Shown piece after piece: positions 9,328 to 17,703 of a stretch of 64,000 nucleotides of DNA; the first letter of the stretch is position 1; each line of letters begins with the position of its first letter. Under the pieces are notes generated by a model. It was given only the letters and a program-made list of their open reading frames with translations. It searched no databases and was not told the DNA's origin. The stretch is from NCBI GenBank assembly GCA_019752595.1, contig JAIELV010000001.1:184486-248485 (forward strand), in the 5' to 3' direction. The DNA is from Patescibacteria group bacterium. Its GTDB lineage: Bacteria > Patescibacteriota > Minisyncoccia > Phycocordibacterales > Phycocordibacteraceae. A program made the position numbers and the translations under genes.

Positions 9328-10395
9328 TTAGGGAATGAGCGCGACAGAAACACCGAGAATAGAAAAAATAATCGAAAGAATCCAGTAGCGCATCGTGACT
9401 TTGTATCCAGGCCAGCCGATTGCTTCAAAGTGGTGATGCAGAGGGGCAATCTTGAAAACCTTTTTGCCGTTTCTGAATTTTTTTGAAAGAACTTGAATGA
9501 TGTTTGAGAAAACTGTTGCAACTAAAAGAAATGCAATGATGGGGAGTGCGGTCAGCCCCTTCCCTTCTCCTAATGTGTCTGTCATGAACGCAACGACGGC
9601 AATAGTGAGCGTGAGGCCCATCGAGCCTGTTTCGGTCATCCAGAAGCGTGCGGGAGGAACGTTGAACCACAAGAACGCAAGGATACCGCCTACGAGTGCT
9701 GCGCAGAATGCTGCAAGATTTATTTGTCCTAAACTAAATGCGATAAACGCATACGCAAAAAAGATGCTGGAAAATACTCCGCCCGAAAGTCCGTCAATGC
9801 CGTCAATCACACCCGAGGCGTAGAGAAACAGAGAAACTGCCATGAAGAGCGGAATGATGAGCCACCCTATTTCAAGGTTGGGACCGAATGGATTTGAAAT
9901 TGAAGTGACGTCGAGCTTTTCGTAAAACCACCAACCAATAAAAAGTGAAAGTGTAGCAACAAACGTCAGACGTGTGGACAATGGAATTCCTTTTTCTCCG
10001 CGTGGGTCGGTAACGTCCAGAATGTCGTTAATAAGTCCGACGATGGCGCCAAGAAGAAGTGTGGTGAGTGGGATCCATGTTTGGTCGCGTGTCAGGAAGT
10101 CCAGCTTTGCAGTTACATCACTCGGAGCAAATTGTGCAAGGAGCCAGAGGCCGAACGTGGTGAATGCCACGGATGCCCAAATCAGAATTCCGCCCATGCG
10201 CGGTGTTTTTGTTTCCGTTTCTTCGCGCAGTTTTCCAAAGACAACAGCAGCAGTACCGTCAAACGCGGTTTTTCCTGGCTTTTTCTTCCAGATTTTGTAC
10301 TTGTAGAGGTAGTGCGTGAGAATTGGCGCAAGCGCAATTCCTATCCAAAAAGTGGCAACAGCGGGGATAAAAACTTTCAACAGGTCAAGAATCAT
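9328..10395 (-). CDS. mraY: phospho-N-acetylmuramoyl-pentapeptide transferase
   Basis: KTPRMGGI, DGIDGL, WFNVPPA, APLHHHFE. Confidence 0.95.
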   Translation of the reverse strand: MILDLLKVFIPAVATFWIGIALAPILTHYLYKYKIWKKKPGKTAFDGTAAVVFGKLREETETKTPRMGGILIWASVAFTTFGLWLLAQFAPSDVTAKLDFLTRDQTWIPLTTLLLGAIVGLINDILDVTDPRGEKGIPLSTRLTFVATLSLFIGWWFYEKLDVTSISNPFGPNLEIGWLIIPLFMAVSLFLYASGVIDGIDGLSGGVFSSIFFAYAFIAFSLGQINLAAFCAALVGGILAFLWFNVPPARFWMTETGSMGLTLTIAVVAFMTDTLGEGKGLTALPIIAFLLVATVFSNIIQVLSKKFRNGKKVFKIAPLHHHFEAIGWPGYKVTMRYWILSIIFSILGVSVALIP

Positions 10396-11317
10396 CCTGA
10401 CATACTAGCATTCTGGTCATCCACTTTTTCACTCCTTCCGCGAGCATTTTCATATCTTCGTCACGCCCTTCCCGCGTCGAACCAAGAACGACTGCGACAA
10501 CAGGCCTTCCTGGAAGTGCCTCAAATACAATGCCTAAATTGCCACCCGCGATGTCTGTAAACCCCGTTTTCGAGCCGAGAGCCCCAGGGAGTGTGGCTAT
10601 AAGAGAAGAAGTATTTTTTCCTAGGTGTGCAGTGCCCGAAAGCGGGTCAAAAGTTTTTTCGCTTTTCGTGGTGGCTTCCAAAAGACGAGGATTATTGCGG
10701 TAGAGGTATTCAAACAGAAGTGTAATGTCTTCTGCAGAACCGTAGGATGCGCCGACAGTTTCTGAAATATCGAGCCCCGTTTCGTTCGCAAAATAGGTTT
10801 GCGCAAGACCCATTGATCGAGCGTTTGTATTCATTGCATCGATAAATGTTTCATAGGTACCCCCATTCTTTTCGATTGATGCAAGAAGAAGCGCGCGGGC
10901 GCCGTCGTTCACTGATGAAAGTAATGTGTAGTCCGCTAGTTCACCTGCGGTCCACACTTCACCTTGTGCAAGGCCGTTCCCTTCTGGGCGCATTGCATCC
11001 GCTGAAATTTTGACCTCATCTTCTAGCCCAAGCGTTTGGAGTGCCGTATAGACGGTCATCAATTTCGTCAACGACGCGAGTGGAAGCTGGGCTGTGGCAT
11101 TTTTCTGATAGATAACTTCGCCAGTCGTGAGGTCCTTCGCATACCCCGCGTTTGCCTGCATATCTACTGAAAGGCTTCTATCTAAGCAGTACGGAGACGC
11201 AAGCGCTGAATACGCTGATGTGGTTGGCTGTGGCCACGCAACAAAAACGATATTCGCAAAAATAAATACGACTCCCGCGAGGATAAGATTCAGGCGTGCG
11301 ATATCGTCTATGTTCAT
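10385..11317 (-). CDS. D-alanyl-D-alanine carboxypeptidase (peptidase S11)
   Basis: SxxK (ASLTKLMT), SxN (SSVND) and KTG motifs; N-terminal TM. Confidence 0.92.
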   Translation of the reverse strand: MNIDDIARLNLILAGVVFIFANIVFVAWPQPTTSAYSALASPYCLDRSLSVDMQANAGYAKDLTTGEVIYQKNATAQLPLASLTKLMTVYTALQTLGLEDEVKISADAMRPEGNGLAQGEVWTAGELADYTLLSSVNDGARALLLASIEKNGGTYETFIDAMNTNARSMGLAQTYFANETGLDISETVGASYGSAEDITLLFEYLYRNNPRLLEATTKSEKTFDPLSGTAHLGKNTSSLIATLPGALGSKTGFTDIAGGNLGIVFEALPGRPVVAVVLGSTREGRDEDMKMLAEGVKKWMTRMLVCQDDS

Positions 11318-11916
11318 ATAGTTTCAGTATCTGAAGCTTCGCTCATGGCTTCCTTTTTAGCAAGCGCTGATGCCTGTTGATCACGTTCTGTAAATATCGC
11401 CTCTATCTGTGCGCGAGTTTCCGCAAACTGCGGAAGTTCAGAAATTTTTCCGATGCCAAAGTATGCAGGCAATTCCGCTGTTGTCTGGTAGAGGAAACTT
11501 CTTTTGTCGGTAGGGTTTTCTGTTCGTTCAATAAGACCGCGAATCAAGAGCGAACGCAAAATGGAAGAACAGTTTACACCGCGCACGTATTCAATATCCG
11601 CACGGGACAGTGGCCCGCGGAAAATAATAACTGAAAGCGTTTCTAGTCCCGCTTTCCCTAACGGCCCATCGAGCTCTTCGCGGCGCATTTTTTCAATAAG
11701 TTCGTGCGCGGAAGGCGCTGTCGCAAGGGCGAAGGTGTTCCCGTCTCGAACAACGCGTACTCCCCTTCCTTCTAGCGATGCGGAGAGTGATTCTGCATAC
11801 GTTAATACTTCTTCTTCCGAAACTGAAAGCGCTGATGCGAGTTCTTTTACAGAAACAGCACCTCCTTTATAAAAGAGTATTGCTTCAATTTGATTTTCGA
11901 GAGGTTCTTTTGGCAT
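11314..11916 (-). CDS. scpB: SMC-Scp complex subunit ScpB
   Basis: IEAILF, LETLSVI, RADIEYVRGVN. Confidence 0.95.
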   Translation of the reverse strand: MPKEPLENQIEAILFYKGGAVSVKELASALSVSEEEVLTYAESLSASLEGRGVRVVRDGNTFALATAPSAHELIEKMRREELDGPLGKAGLETLSVIIFRGPLSRADIEYVRGVNCSSILRSLLIRGLIERTENPTDKRSFLYQTTAELPAYFGIGKISELPQFAETRAQIEAIFTERDQQASALAKKEAMSEASDTETI

Positions 11917-11919
11917 AGA

Positions 11920-12645
11920 TTAATCGTAGCGAGGCGCGCCCACACTGCCAGCGTAGTTCATGCGGATATCCGCAAAATCCCGCTCCTGCTCCACAAGAAG
12001 CATTCCGCGCTTCACGAGCTCAAGCATAGCAAGAAAACTAACCACTACTTCGCGCTTATCAGACGCTGAGCCAGCAAAGGTACTAAAACTCATATGTATT
12101 GCTTTTTGTATGCGCTCCGACAAACGATCAATCATGTCTTCAAGCGACATAACAGATTTCACATTTACTTCTGCGAGTTTTGTTTCTTTGGGCGCATTTG
12201 CCAACACGCGATTCACTGCATCTTGAATTGAATTCAAGGAAAGATCTTTTGATGGCATGAACACAGGGTCTTCAATCTTCGCGCCTGAACCGAAAAACAT
12301 ACGCGCGGTTCCATTCGGGAACAGTTTTGCCGCAGCCCTGACGATTTGATATACGGCCAATCTGAATTCTAAATCTTTCACGTCCCCTTCCTCCTCGTCC
12401 GAGAGGGTCAACACGGGAAGGAGTGAGCGAGACTTAAGAAGAAGGAGTGTAGCGGATACGTAGACGAAATTCGCTGCCTGTCCCAACGGGAACGTACCCT
12501 GGGTCTGAATGAACTTCAAAAAATCGTCGGCCACGGAAGTGATAGAAACGTCGTTGATGAGCATTTTCCGCTCCTCAATGAGGCTCAACAAGAGGTCCAG
12601 CGGGCCCTCAAAATCCCGTACTTTTACCGAAAAAGCGGTATTCAT
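11920..12645 (-). CDS. scpA: segregation and condensation protein A
   Basis: FEGPLDLLLSLI, KSRSLLP, FLAMLELVK. Confidence 0.95.
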   Translation of the reverse strand: MNTAFSVKVRDFEGPLDLLLSLIEERKMLINDVSITSVADDFLKFIQTQGTFPLGQAANFVYVSATLLLLKSRSLLPVLTLSDEEEGDVKDLEFRLAVYQIVRAAAKLFPNGTARMFFGSGAKIEDPVFMPSKDLSLNSIQDAVNRVLANAPKETKLAEVNVKSVMSLEDMIDRLSERIQKAIHMSFSTFAGSASDKREVVVSFLAMLELVKRGMLLVEQERDFADIRMNYAGSVGAPRYD

Positions 12646-12725
12646 TTCCTGTAACTATACCGTAAATTCAGCATGGTACGCCGATACTTGACGTGTTGGT
12701 TTTCTGGGTGTACTTTCCATTCACT

Positions 12726-12962
12726 ATGTCGACTCCATTGGAAAAGCTCTCTCAGGCTCGTGAAAGATTACAAGTAGCTCTTTTGTTGGGGAAGGTTGTG
12801 CAGTCGGCAACAAAAGCAGAAGTGGAACCATACGTACCAGGAGAACCTACCCATACTGGTCACAAAAGAATCATTAGTCGCTTCACTAAGACAGCGCGTG
12901 AGCTTGTATTGAGTGTACCTGATTTGTTGGACACTGAAGGTAAAACCGCTCGCAGAAAATAG
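12726..12962 (+). CDS. hypothetical protein (MSTPLEK...)
   Basis: TTGACG(12688)-N17-TACTTT(12711), ending 9 nt before the ATG. Confidence 0.55.
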   Translation: MSTPLEKLSQARERLQVALLLGKVVQSATKAEVEPYVPGEPTHTGHKRIISRFTKTARELVLSVPDLLDTEGKTARRK

Positions 12963-12978
12963 AATCTGTTTTTTTGCA

Positions 12979-13006
12979 TTGACAAGTTTTTTGTACAATG
13001 TATTTT
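12979..13006 (+). promoter_or_regulatory. sigma70-type promoter for the attenuator leader
   Basis: TTGACA at 12979 and TATTTT at 13001 (16-nt spacer), 6 nt before ATG 13013. Confidence 0.6.
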
Positions 13007-13012
13007 GATTGT

Positions 13013-13102
13013 ATGTCCGCACACACGGCATCACAGACGTCCAAAGGATTCGTCCTTGGTCTTATCGTCATCCTCTCCACCGAGGGGGTTTGTGATGTGT
13101 AG
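13013..13102 (+). CDS. putative leader peptide MSAHTASQTSKGFVLGLIVILSTEGVCDV
   Basis: Translated by hand. A run of Val/Leu/Ile codons is followed by antiterminator and terminator pairings. Confidence 0.7.
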   Translation: MSAHTASQTSKGFVLGLIVILSTEGVCDV

Positions 13103-13130
13103 GCAGACAGAAATATAAAGCCTCAAACAC

Positions 13131-13167
13131 AATCCAGCCCTCTCAAAAAGAGGGCTGGATTTTTTTG
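13131..13167 (+). terminator. attenuator terminator hairpin
   Basis: 13-bp perfect stem aatccagccctct/agagggctggatt followed by a T tract. Confidence 0.9.
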
Positions 13168-13206
13168 TCGCTTAGGTCGAACATTTAACAGACAAAAAAT
13201 TTCTCT

Positions 13207-13401
13207 ATGCAATCAATGAAAAAGCCTGAAAGTATGCGTGGGTTATCCCTATGGCTGACCCCAAATGCACGCTATATACCCCACCCAGATGGCAAACGAC
13301 CAGCACGACGTTTTGAGCCTACCGAAAGAGCGTTAACTGACTGTGTTCACAATCCCCCAGGATACGGGTGGTGTCACAACTGTTTTCCTAAAACTTGTTA
13401 A
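13207..13401 (+). CDS. small protein with Cys/His-rich C-terminus (CVH...WCHNC...C)
   Basis: ORF track; first ORF after the attenuator. Confidence 0.45.
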   Translation: MQSMKKPESMRGLSLWLTPNARYIPHPDGKRPARRFEPTERALTDCVHNPPGYGWCHNCFPKTC

Positions 13402-13418
13402 CTAATTAATACAAAAAC

Positions 13419-13571
13419 ATGGACGGAATATTAGAAAAAAGAGGACGTGGCGACAGAAGCGCGCGAGCCTGTATGCGCTGCGGGCATGTATGCAGTCGCG
13501 GTTTTTGCGACTGTAAGCAGAGGCGCCAAGGAAGCCATAACTGCGGGTGCGGAGGGTGCCCTAAACACTAA
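13419..13571 (+). CDS. 50-aa Cys-rich (8 Cys, 3 His) metallothionein/zinc-finger-like microprotein
   Basis: Hand translation MDGILEKRGRGDRSARACMRCGHVCSRGFCDCKQRRQGSHNCGCGGCPKH; below the ORF-track length cutoff; A-rich upstream region. Confidence 0.55.
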   Translation: MDGILEKRGRGDRSARACMRCGHVCSRGFCDCKQRRQGSHNCGCGGCPKH

Positions 13572-13636
13572 GTAAAATGTTCAATACTTCGTATAGCACA
13601 TTTTTGAATCGCACGGTGATGCGGTAAAATGATCGC

Positions 13637-15016
13637 ATGAAAATAGAATTCACCGCCCCCAAGAACGCGACTCAGGTAGACCTCATCGCAGGAGATCAGA
13701 CAAAAATCGTTGAAGACCAAAAAGGCACCGCGATTATCAAGATAGCTGTCGGTAAAGCTGATGACGTAACGCGTCGCAAGCTCATTCCCCTCGCCCGAAA
13801 AGCAGTCCGTTTAGCGAAGGACTACAAATTGAAAGTACTTTCTGTTTCTTTCAAAGACTTTCAGTTCAGAAAGGCAGAGATTGACGATTATCGTTTGGGC
13901 AGGCTTTTGGCAGAAGCGTTTGAAATGGCGAACTACGAGTTCACCAAATACAAAACTCCACCGAAAGAAGGCTTTGCCAAAGTGGAAACAATCTACGTCA
14001 CTGACGCTACGGAGGACGCAAAACGCGGGTTTAAGGACGGCTTGGTGATTGCCGAGGAAATTAATTATGCACGCGATCTTGCCAACACTCCTGGTGGCGA
14101 CATGACGCCCACTGTTCTTGCAAACGCTGCTATCAAACAGTTGAAAGGCACCAAAGCGATGGTGACTGTCTTGGACACTGCGCAGATAAAGAAATTGAAA
14201 ATGGGCATGATGCTCGCGGTTGATAAAGGTTCTGCGGAACCGTGTAAGTTCATCATTGCGGAATACTGGGGTGCAGGAAAAGGTAAAGAAGATCCGATTG
14301 TGCTCGTTGGCAAAGGAATTACATTCGATACAGGTGGTGTGAATTTGAAACCATCAAACTCAATGGTGGGAATGAATCAAGATATGTCGGGTGGTTCAGC
14401 AGTGATTGCTTCAATTGCGATTGCCGCAAAGCTTGGCATCAAGAGAAATGTGGTAGCACTTGTGCCTGCAGTTGAAAATGCAATTTCAGGTTCAGCCACA
14501 CTTCCAGGCGACATTGTGACCGCGATGAACGGGAAAACTGTTGAGATTTTGAATACTGATGCTGAAGGACGATTGGTTCTTGGTGATGCGTTTACGTATG
14601 CAGAGCGCTACTCCCCTCGCCTGGTGATTGACGTAGCGACGCTCACAGGCGCAGCGCTCGTAGCGCTTGGAAAACGCGCTTCGGCGTTGATGACGAACGA
14701 TAGAAAGGTGGAAGACACACTTAGGGATTTGGGTGAACGCTCAGGTGATTACGTGTGGCCGTTTCCTTTGTGGGATGAATTCAAAGCAGACATGAAAGGA
14801 ATAAGTGCTGATTATGCAAACATTCAGCCAGGCGACAAAGGTGGTGGCGGTGTGATTTTGGGAGGAACGTTCCTTTCGTTTTTTGCAGAAAAATTTCCAC
14901 GATGGGCACATTTGGATATTGCGCCTCGCATGGAATCAATTCCTGAAGATAATTTGGCCAAAGGCAATACGGGAGCACCCATTCGCCTCTTGGTTCGCGC
15001 GATTGAGACTTTTTAA
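13637..15016 (+). CDS. pepA: leucyl aminopeptidase (M17)
   Basis: VGKGITFDTGG, DMSGG, NTDAEGRLVLGD, ATLTGA. Confidence 0.96.
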   Translation: MKIEFTAPKNATQVDLIAGDQTKIVEDQKGTAIIKIAVGKADDVTRRKLIPLARKAVRLAKDYKLKVLSVSFKDFQFRKAEIDDYRLGRLLAEAFEMANYEFTKYKTPPKEGFAKVETIYVTDATEDAKRGFKDGLVIAEEINYARDLANTPGGDMTPTVLANAAIKQLKGTKAMVTVLDTAQIKKLKMGMMLAVDKGSAEPCKFIIAEYWGAGKGKEDPIVLVGKGITFDTGGVNLKPSNSMVGMNQDMSGGSAVIASIAIAAKLGIKRNVVALVPAVENAISGSATLPGDIVTAMNGKTVEILNTDAEGRLVLGDAFTYAERYSPRLVIDVATLTGAALVALGKRASALMTNDRKVEDTLRDLGERSGDYVWPFPLWDEFKADMKGISADYANIQPGDKGGGGVILGGTFLSFFAEKFPRWAHLDIAPRMESIPEDNLAKGNTGAPIRLLVRAIETF

Positions 15017-15024
15017 TTTGAATT

Positions 15025-15243
15025 ATGGATAGACGCGAACTGCGACGGCGGGCAGGTTTTCGATGGCCCCAAAATGCCACGATGTATTCAGAGGTACGAA
15101 TACATTTCAAAGACGGCAGAGAAGCAATGGTCGGTGTTTTAACGGGTACAGCAGACGTAGTGCAGTTAAACCGTGAGCACACCTTTACGCACGAAGAAAT
15201 CGCCTCAATTGACGTCATAAAACCCCACGAAGAAATTTTGTAA
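15025..15243 (+). CDS. small hypothetical protein, possibly Sm/LSm-like fold
   Basis: Beta-strand pattern VRIHFKDGR..VGVLTG..DVVQL...EEIASIDV. Confidence 0.5.
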   Translation: MDRRELRRRAGFRWPQNATMYSEVRIHFKDGREAMVGVLTGTADVVQLNREHTFTHEEIASIDVIKPHEEIL

Positions 15244-15286
15244 TCGGTCCTTGTGTCCTGGGCGTCTCTGCCTATAATGCGAAGAT

Positions 15287-15544
15287 ATGGCAGAAGCAAA
15301 GGTAGGCGCTACGCCCGCCCTTAACCCACAAGGAGAAGTTTTAGCCTCTATGGCGCGACAGAATTTGGACCGTGGTAGCCGCGTGTGGCTTGTATTAAAA
15401 GAGATCTACCTTGGCAGAGAAATTCACCCAGGCACTATCGGTGAATATAAAGATGCACAGAACCTGCATATCACAACGGAAGAAGGCGCTGATTTACCCA
15501 TTCCGTGGTCAAAAATTCATCACGTTGAATCGCGCGCTGATTAA
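15287..15544 (+). CDS. small hypothetical protein, possibly RimP C-terminal/Sm-like fold
   Basis: VWLVLK...GREIHPGTI...NLHI...IPWSKIHHVE; TATAAT 8 nt upstream of the ATG. Confidence 0.55.
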   Translation: MAEAKVGATPALNPQGEVLASMARQNLDRGSRVWLVLKEIYLGREIHPGTIGEYKDAQNLHITTEEGADLPIPWSKIHHVESRAD

Positions 15545-15549
15545 GCGCG

Positions 15550-16971
15550 TTACTGTTTTTTCTTGAGTTCCAACCCCAGCTCATTGAGCTGTTTTTTTGT
15601 GAGTTCCTTTGGAGCTTTCATTACGGATGTCTGGCCACCTCGTGTCATCGGAAACGCCTGTACTTCACGAAGTTGAGTTTCGTTTGCCAAAGTCATTGCA
15701 ATTCTTTCCACTCCGATAGCAATACCACCGTGCGGAGGAGCGCCGTATTTGAATGCCTCGAGCATGTGCCCCACTTTTTCTTGCGTCTCATCATCGGTGT
15801 TGCCCATTACTCGGTATGTGGCTTTCAGAATTTCAGGGTCATGCGCGCGGATAGAACCGCCACCAGTTTCAAAGCCGTTGCAGACCAAGTCGTACTGCGT
15901 GGTCAAAATGTCGCCGATGTTCTCCCCTTTCAGCAAAGATTCCACATGTTCAGGAATCGGCATGGAGAACGGGTTGTGCGTAAACGTCCACTCCCCCTTC
16001 GCCTGCCCTGAGTTTGTCGAAGGGTCTGTTTTCTCGAAGAATGGGAAATTCACGACCCATGCAAACGCAAGAACGCCGTTTGCTTTGTCTTCCTCTGTTC
16101 GCATGTCGAATTTGTCTGCGCCGTATTTTGCCATAGCGTCCTTGTAACTGATTCTTGGGAAGGGCTTTTCTTTTATCTTGTAGCCGAGCTTTTCTACGGA
16201 TTGCGTTATCATCGCTTCCACGGTGCTCATGACGTCCTCCATTTCAACGAACGACATTTCCAAGTCTATCTGCGTGTGTTCAAAGCCACGGTCTGCACGA
16301 AGGTCTTCGTCGCGGATAGCGCGAGCAATCTGGAAGTAGCGTTCCATGCCGCCGACCATCAAGAGTTGTTTGTACTGCTGGGGCGATTGTGGAAGTGCGT
16401 AAAACTTTCCTGGGTTCAGGCGTGACGGCACTACGAAGTCGCGAGAGCCTTCGGGAGTAGATTCAGTAAGAAGTGGAGTTTCAATTTCGACGAAACCCTC
16501 TTTGAAAAGAAATTCACGTGCGTTCTGGATAAAGGCAGAACGCGTGCGGATGTTTTTTTGCATTCTTTCCGAGCGGAGGTCGAGGTAGCGGTACTTGAGG
16601 CGAGCGTCTTCGTCGATTCCTGATGTATCAGCCGAGATATCAAACGGCGGAGTTTCAGATTTTGAAATGAGAGTGATTTTTGAAATTTGCATCTCAATGT
16701 CTCCGTTCTGCATGTTCGGGTTTACGTTTTTCTCTGGGCGTTTTACCACGGTGCCTGTAAATGCCACCACCCATTCAGGGCGTATTTCTTTGAGTTCAAA
16801 CGCGCCCTCCACCTGTACGTCCTGCATCGCAACACACTGAATCTTCCCGCTTCTGTCGCGAAGGTTCAGGAATGACATTTTTGACTGATGGCGGACTACG
16901 TCTACCCAGCCTTTAATAGTCACCGACTCGTCAATGTGGTTTTTCAGGTCTCCTATGAGGGTTCTAGTCAT
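15550..16971 (-). CDS. aspS: aspartate--tRNA ligase, short form lacking most of the GAD insertion domain
   Basis: OB-fold GWV...LRDRSG, STPEGSRDF, ALPQSPQQYKQLLM, GAPPHGG. Confidence 0.95.
   Translation of the reverse strand: MTRTLIGDLKNHIDESVTIKGWVDVVRHQSKMSFLNLRDRSGKIQCVAMQDVQVEGAFELKEIRPEWVVAFTGTVVKRPEKNVNPNMQNGDIEMQISKITLISKSETPPFDISADTSGIDEDARLKYRYLDLRSERMQKNIRTRSAFIQNAREFLFKEGFVEIETPLLTESTPEGSRDFVVPSRLNPGKFYALPQSPQQYKQLLMVGGMERYFQIARAIRDEDLRADRGFEHTQIDLEMSFVEMEDVMSTVEAMITQSVEKLGYKIKEKPFPRISYKDAMAKYGADKFDMRTEEDKANGVLAFAWVVNFPFFEKTDPSTNSGQAKGEWTFTHNPFSMPIPEHVESLLKGENIGDILTTQYDLVCNGFETGGGSIRAHDPEILKATYRVMGNTDDETQEKVGHMLEAFKYGAPPHGGIAIGVERIAMTLANETQLREVQAFPMTRGGQTSVMKAPKELTKKQLNELGLELKKKQ
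16001..16024. repeat. REP-like short palindromic element in frame inside aspS (encodes PSTNSGQA)
   Basis: gcctgccctgagtttgtcgaaggg; resembles the widespread CCTGAGCTTGTCGAAGG repeat (recalled, not searched). Confidence 0.55.
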
Positions 16972-17077
16972 AAAAAATACTTTATCACGAATACATTTCT
17001 TCTTCCTCTACATTCCTCTACAGATTCCTGGTAGCGCTACATGACTAACTCAATAAATATATATGAGTAAAACTCTA

Positions 17078-17113
17078 TGAATAACTGATATGATATATCA
17101 TATCAGTTATTCA
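17078..17113. repeat. 36-bp perfect palindrome downstream of TrpR-like gene 1
   Basis: tgaataactgatatgata|tatcatatcagttattca. Confidence 0.95.
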
Positions 17114-17135
17114 CGAAGCTTGACCCCTGACTTCT

Positions 17136-17534
17136 TTAGGGGAAAAGGAGGAAATGGAGAGGATATTTTTTCTTTAATCCTTTGTATAGGTTTTTTGCAC
17201 TCAAAGGGTCTTTGCGTGAAGCAAATTCTTTCTCCAAGCCTTGAATAGCGTTTTCATATCCTGGCATTTGGTCTGATAGCCACTTCTGTACGCGCGCAAT
17301 GGTGTCAAAACCTACACCCAATCTTTTGCTTATCTCGCGCGTTTTCTCGCCCTGAATCAAAAGGCGGGCAATGATAATTCTGCGTCCGAGCATCACGCGC
17401 TCGCTTTCTGTAAGCAGGTCGCGCAGGAAGTTCTTGACCGCGCCTTTCCCCTGCACCGAAGCGGCAGCCGTGTACAAACTGTCGAGAAGCACCATTCGCT
17501 CCTTCTCTCCTAAATCTTTCAGTTTTACTTTCAT
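17136..17534 (-). CDS. TrpR-like (YerC/YecD family) HTH protein, copy 1
   Basis: FLRDLLTESERVMLGRRIIIARLL followed by the HTH TREISKRLGVGFDTIARV; ATG at 17534. Confidence 0.88.
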   Translation of the reverse strand: MKVKLKDLGEKERMVLLDSLYTAAASVQGKGAVKNFLRDLLTESERVMLGRRIIIARLLIQGEKTREISKRLGVGFDTIARVQKWLSDQMPGYENAIQGLEKEFASRKDPLSAKNLYKGLKKKYPLHFLLFP

Positions 17535-17578
17535 AAAAAGTGAATATACATAATATGAACCAATATACATACAGCTAC

Positions 17579-17606
17579 TAACTGATATGATATATCATAT
17601 CAGTTA
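17579..17606. repeat. 28-bp perfect palindrome upstream of TrpR-like gene 1 (identical to the core of 17078-17113)
   Basis: taactgatatgata|tatcatatcagtta. Confidence 0.95.
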
Positions 17607-17703
17607 TTGAGTGTATAAGAACCATCTAAGAGGTGGAGGTGGGGATTCTGAAAATAGACCTAAAAATAAATCCAAAAATAAATCTAAGAAAGATTATAGC
17701 GGG

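Noticed and set aside
17078-17690. Palindromes and 12-nt repeats as a CRISPR array or protelomerase site
   Set aside because: There are only two copies separated by a whole gene, no spacer periodicity, and no cas or telomere resolvase gene in the window.
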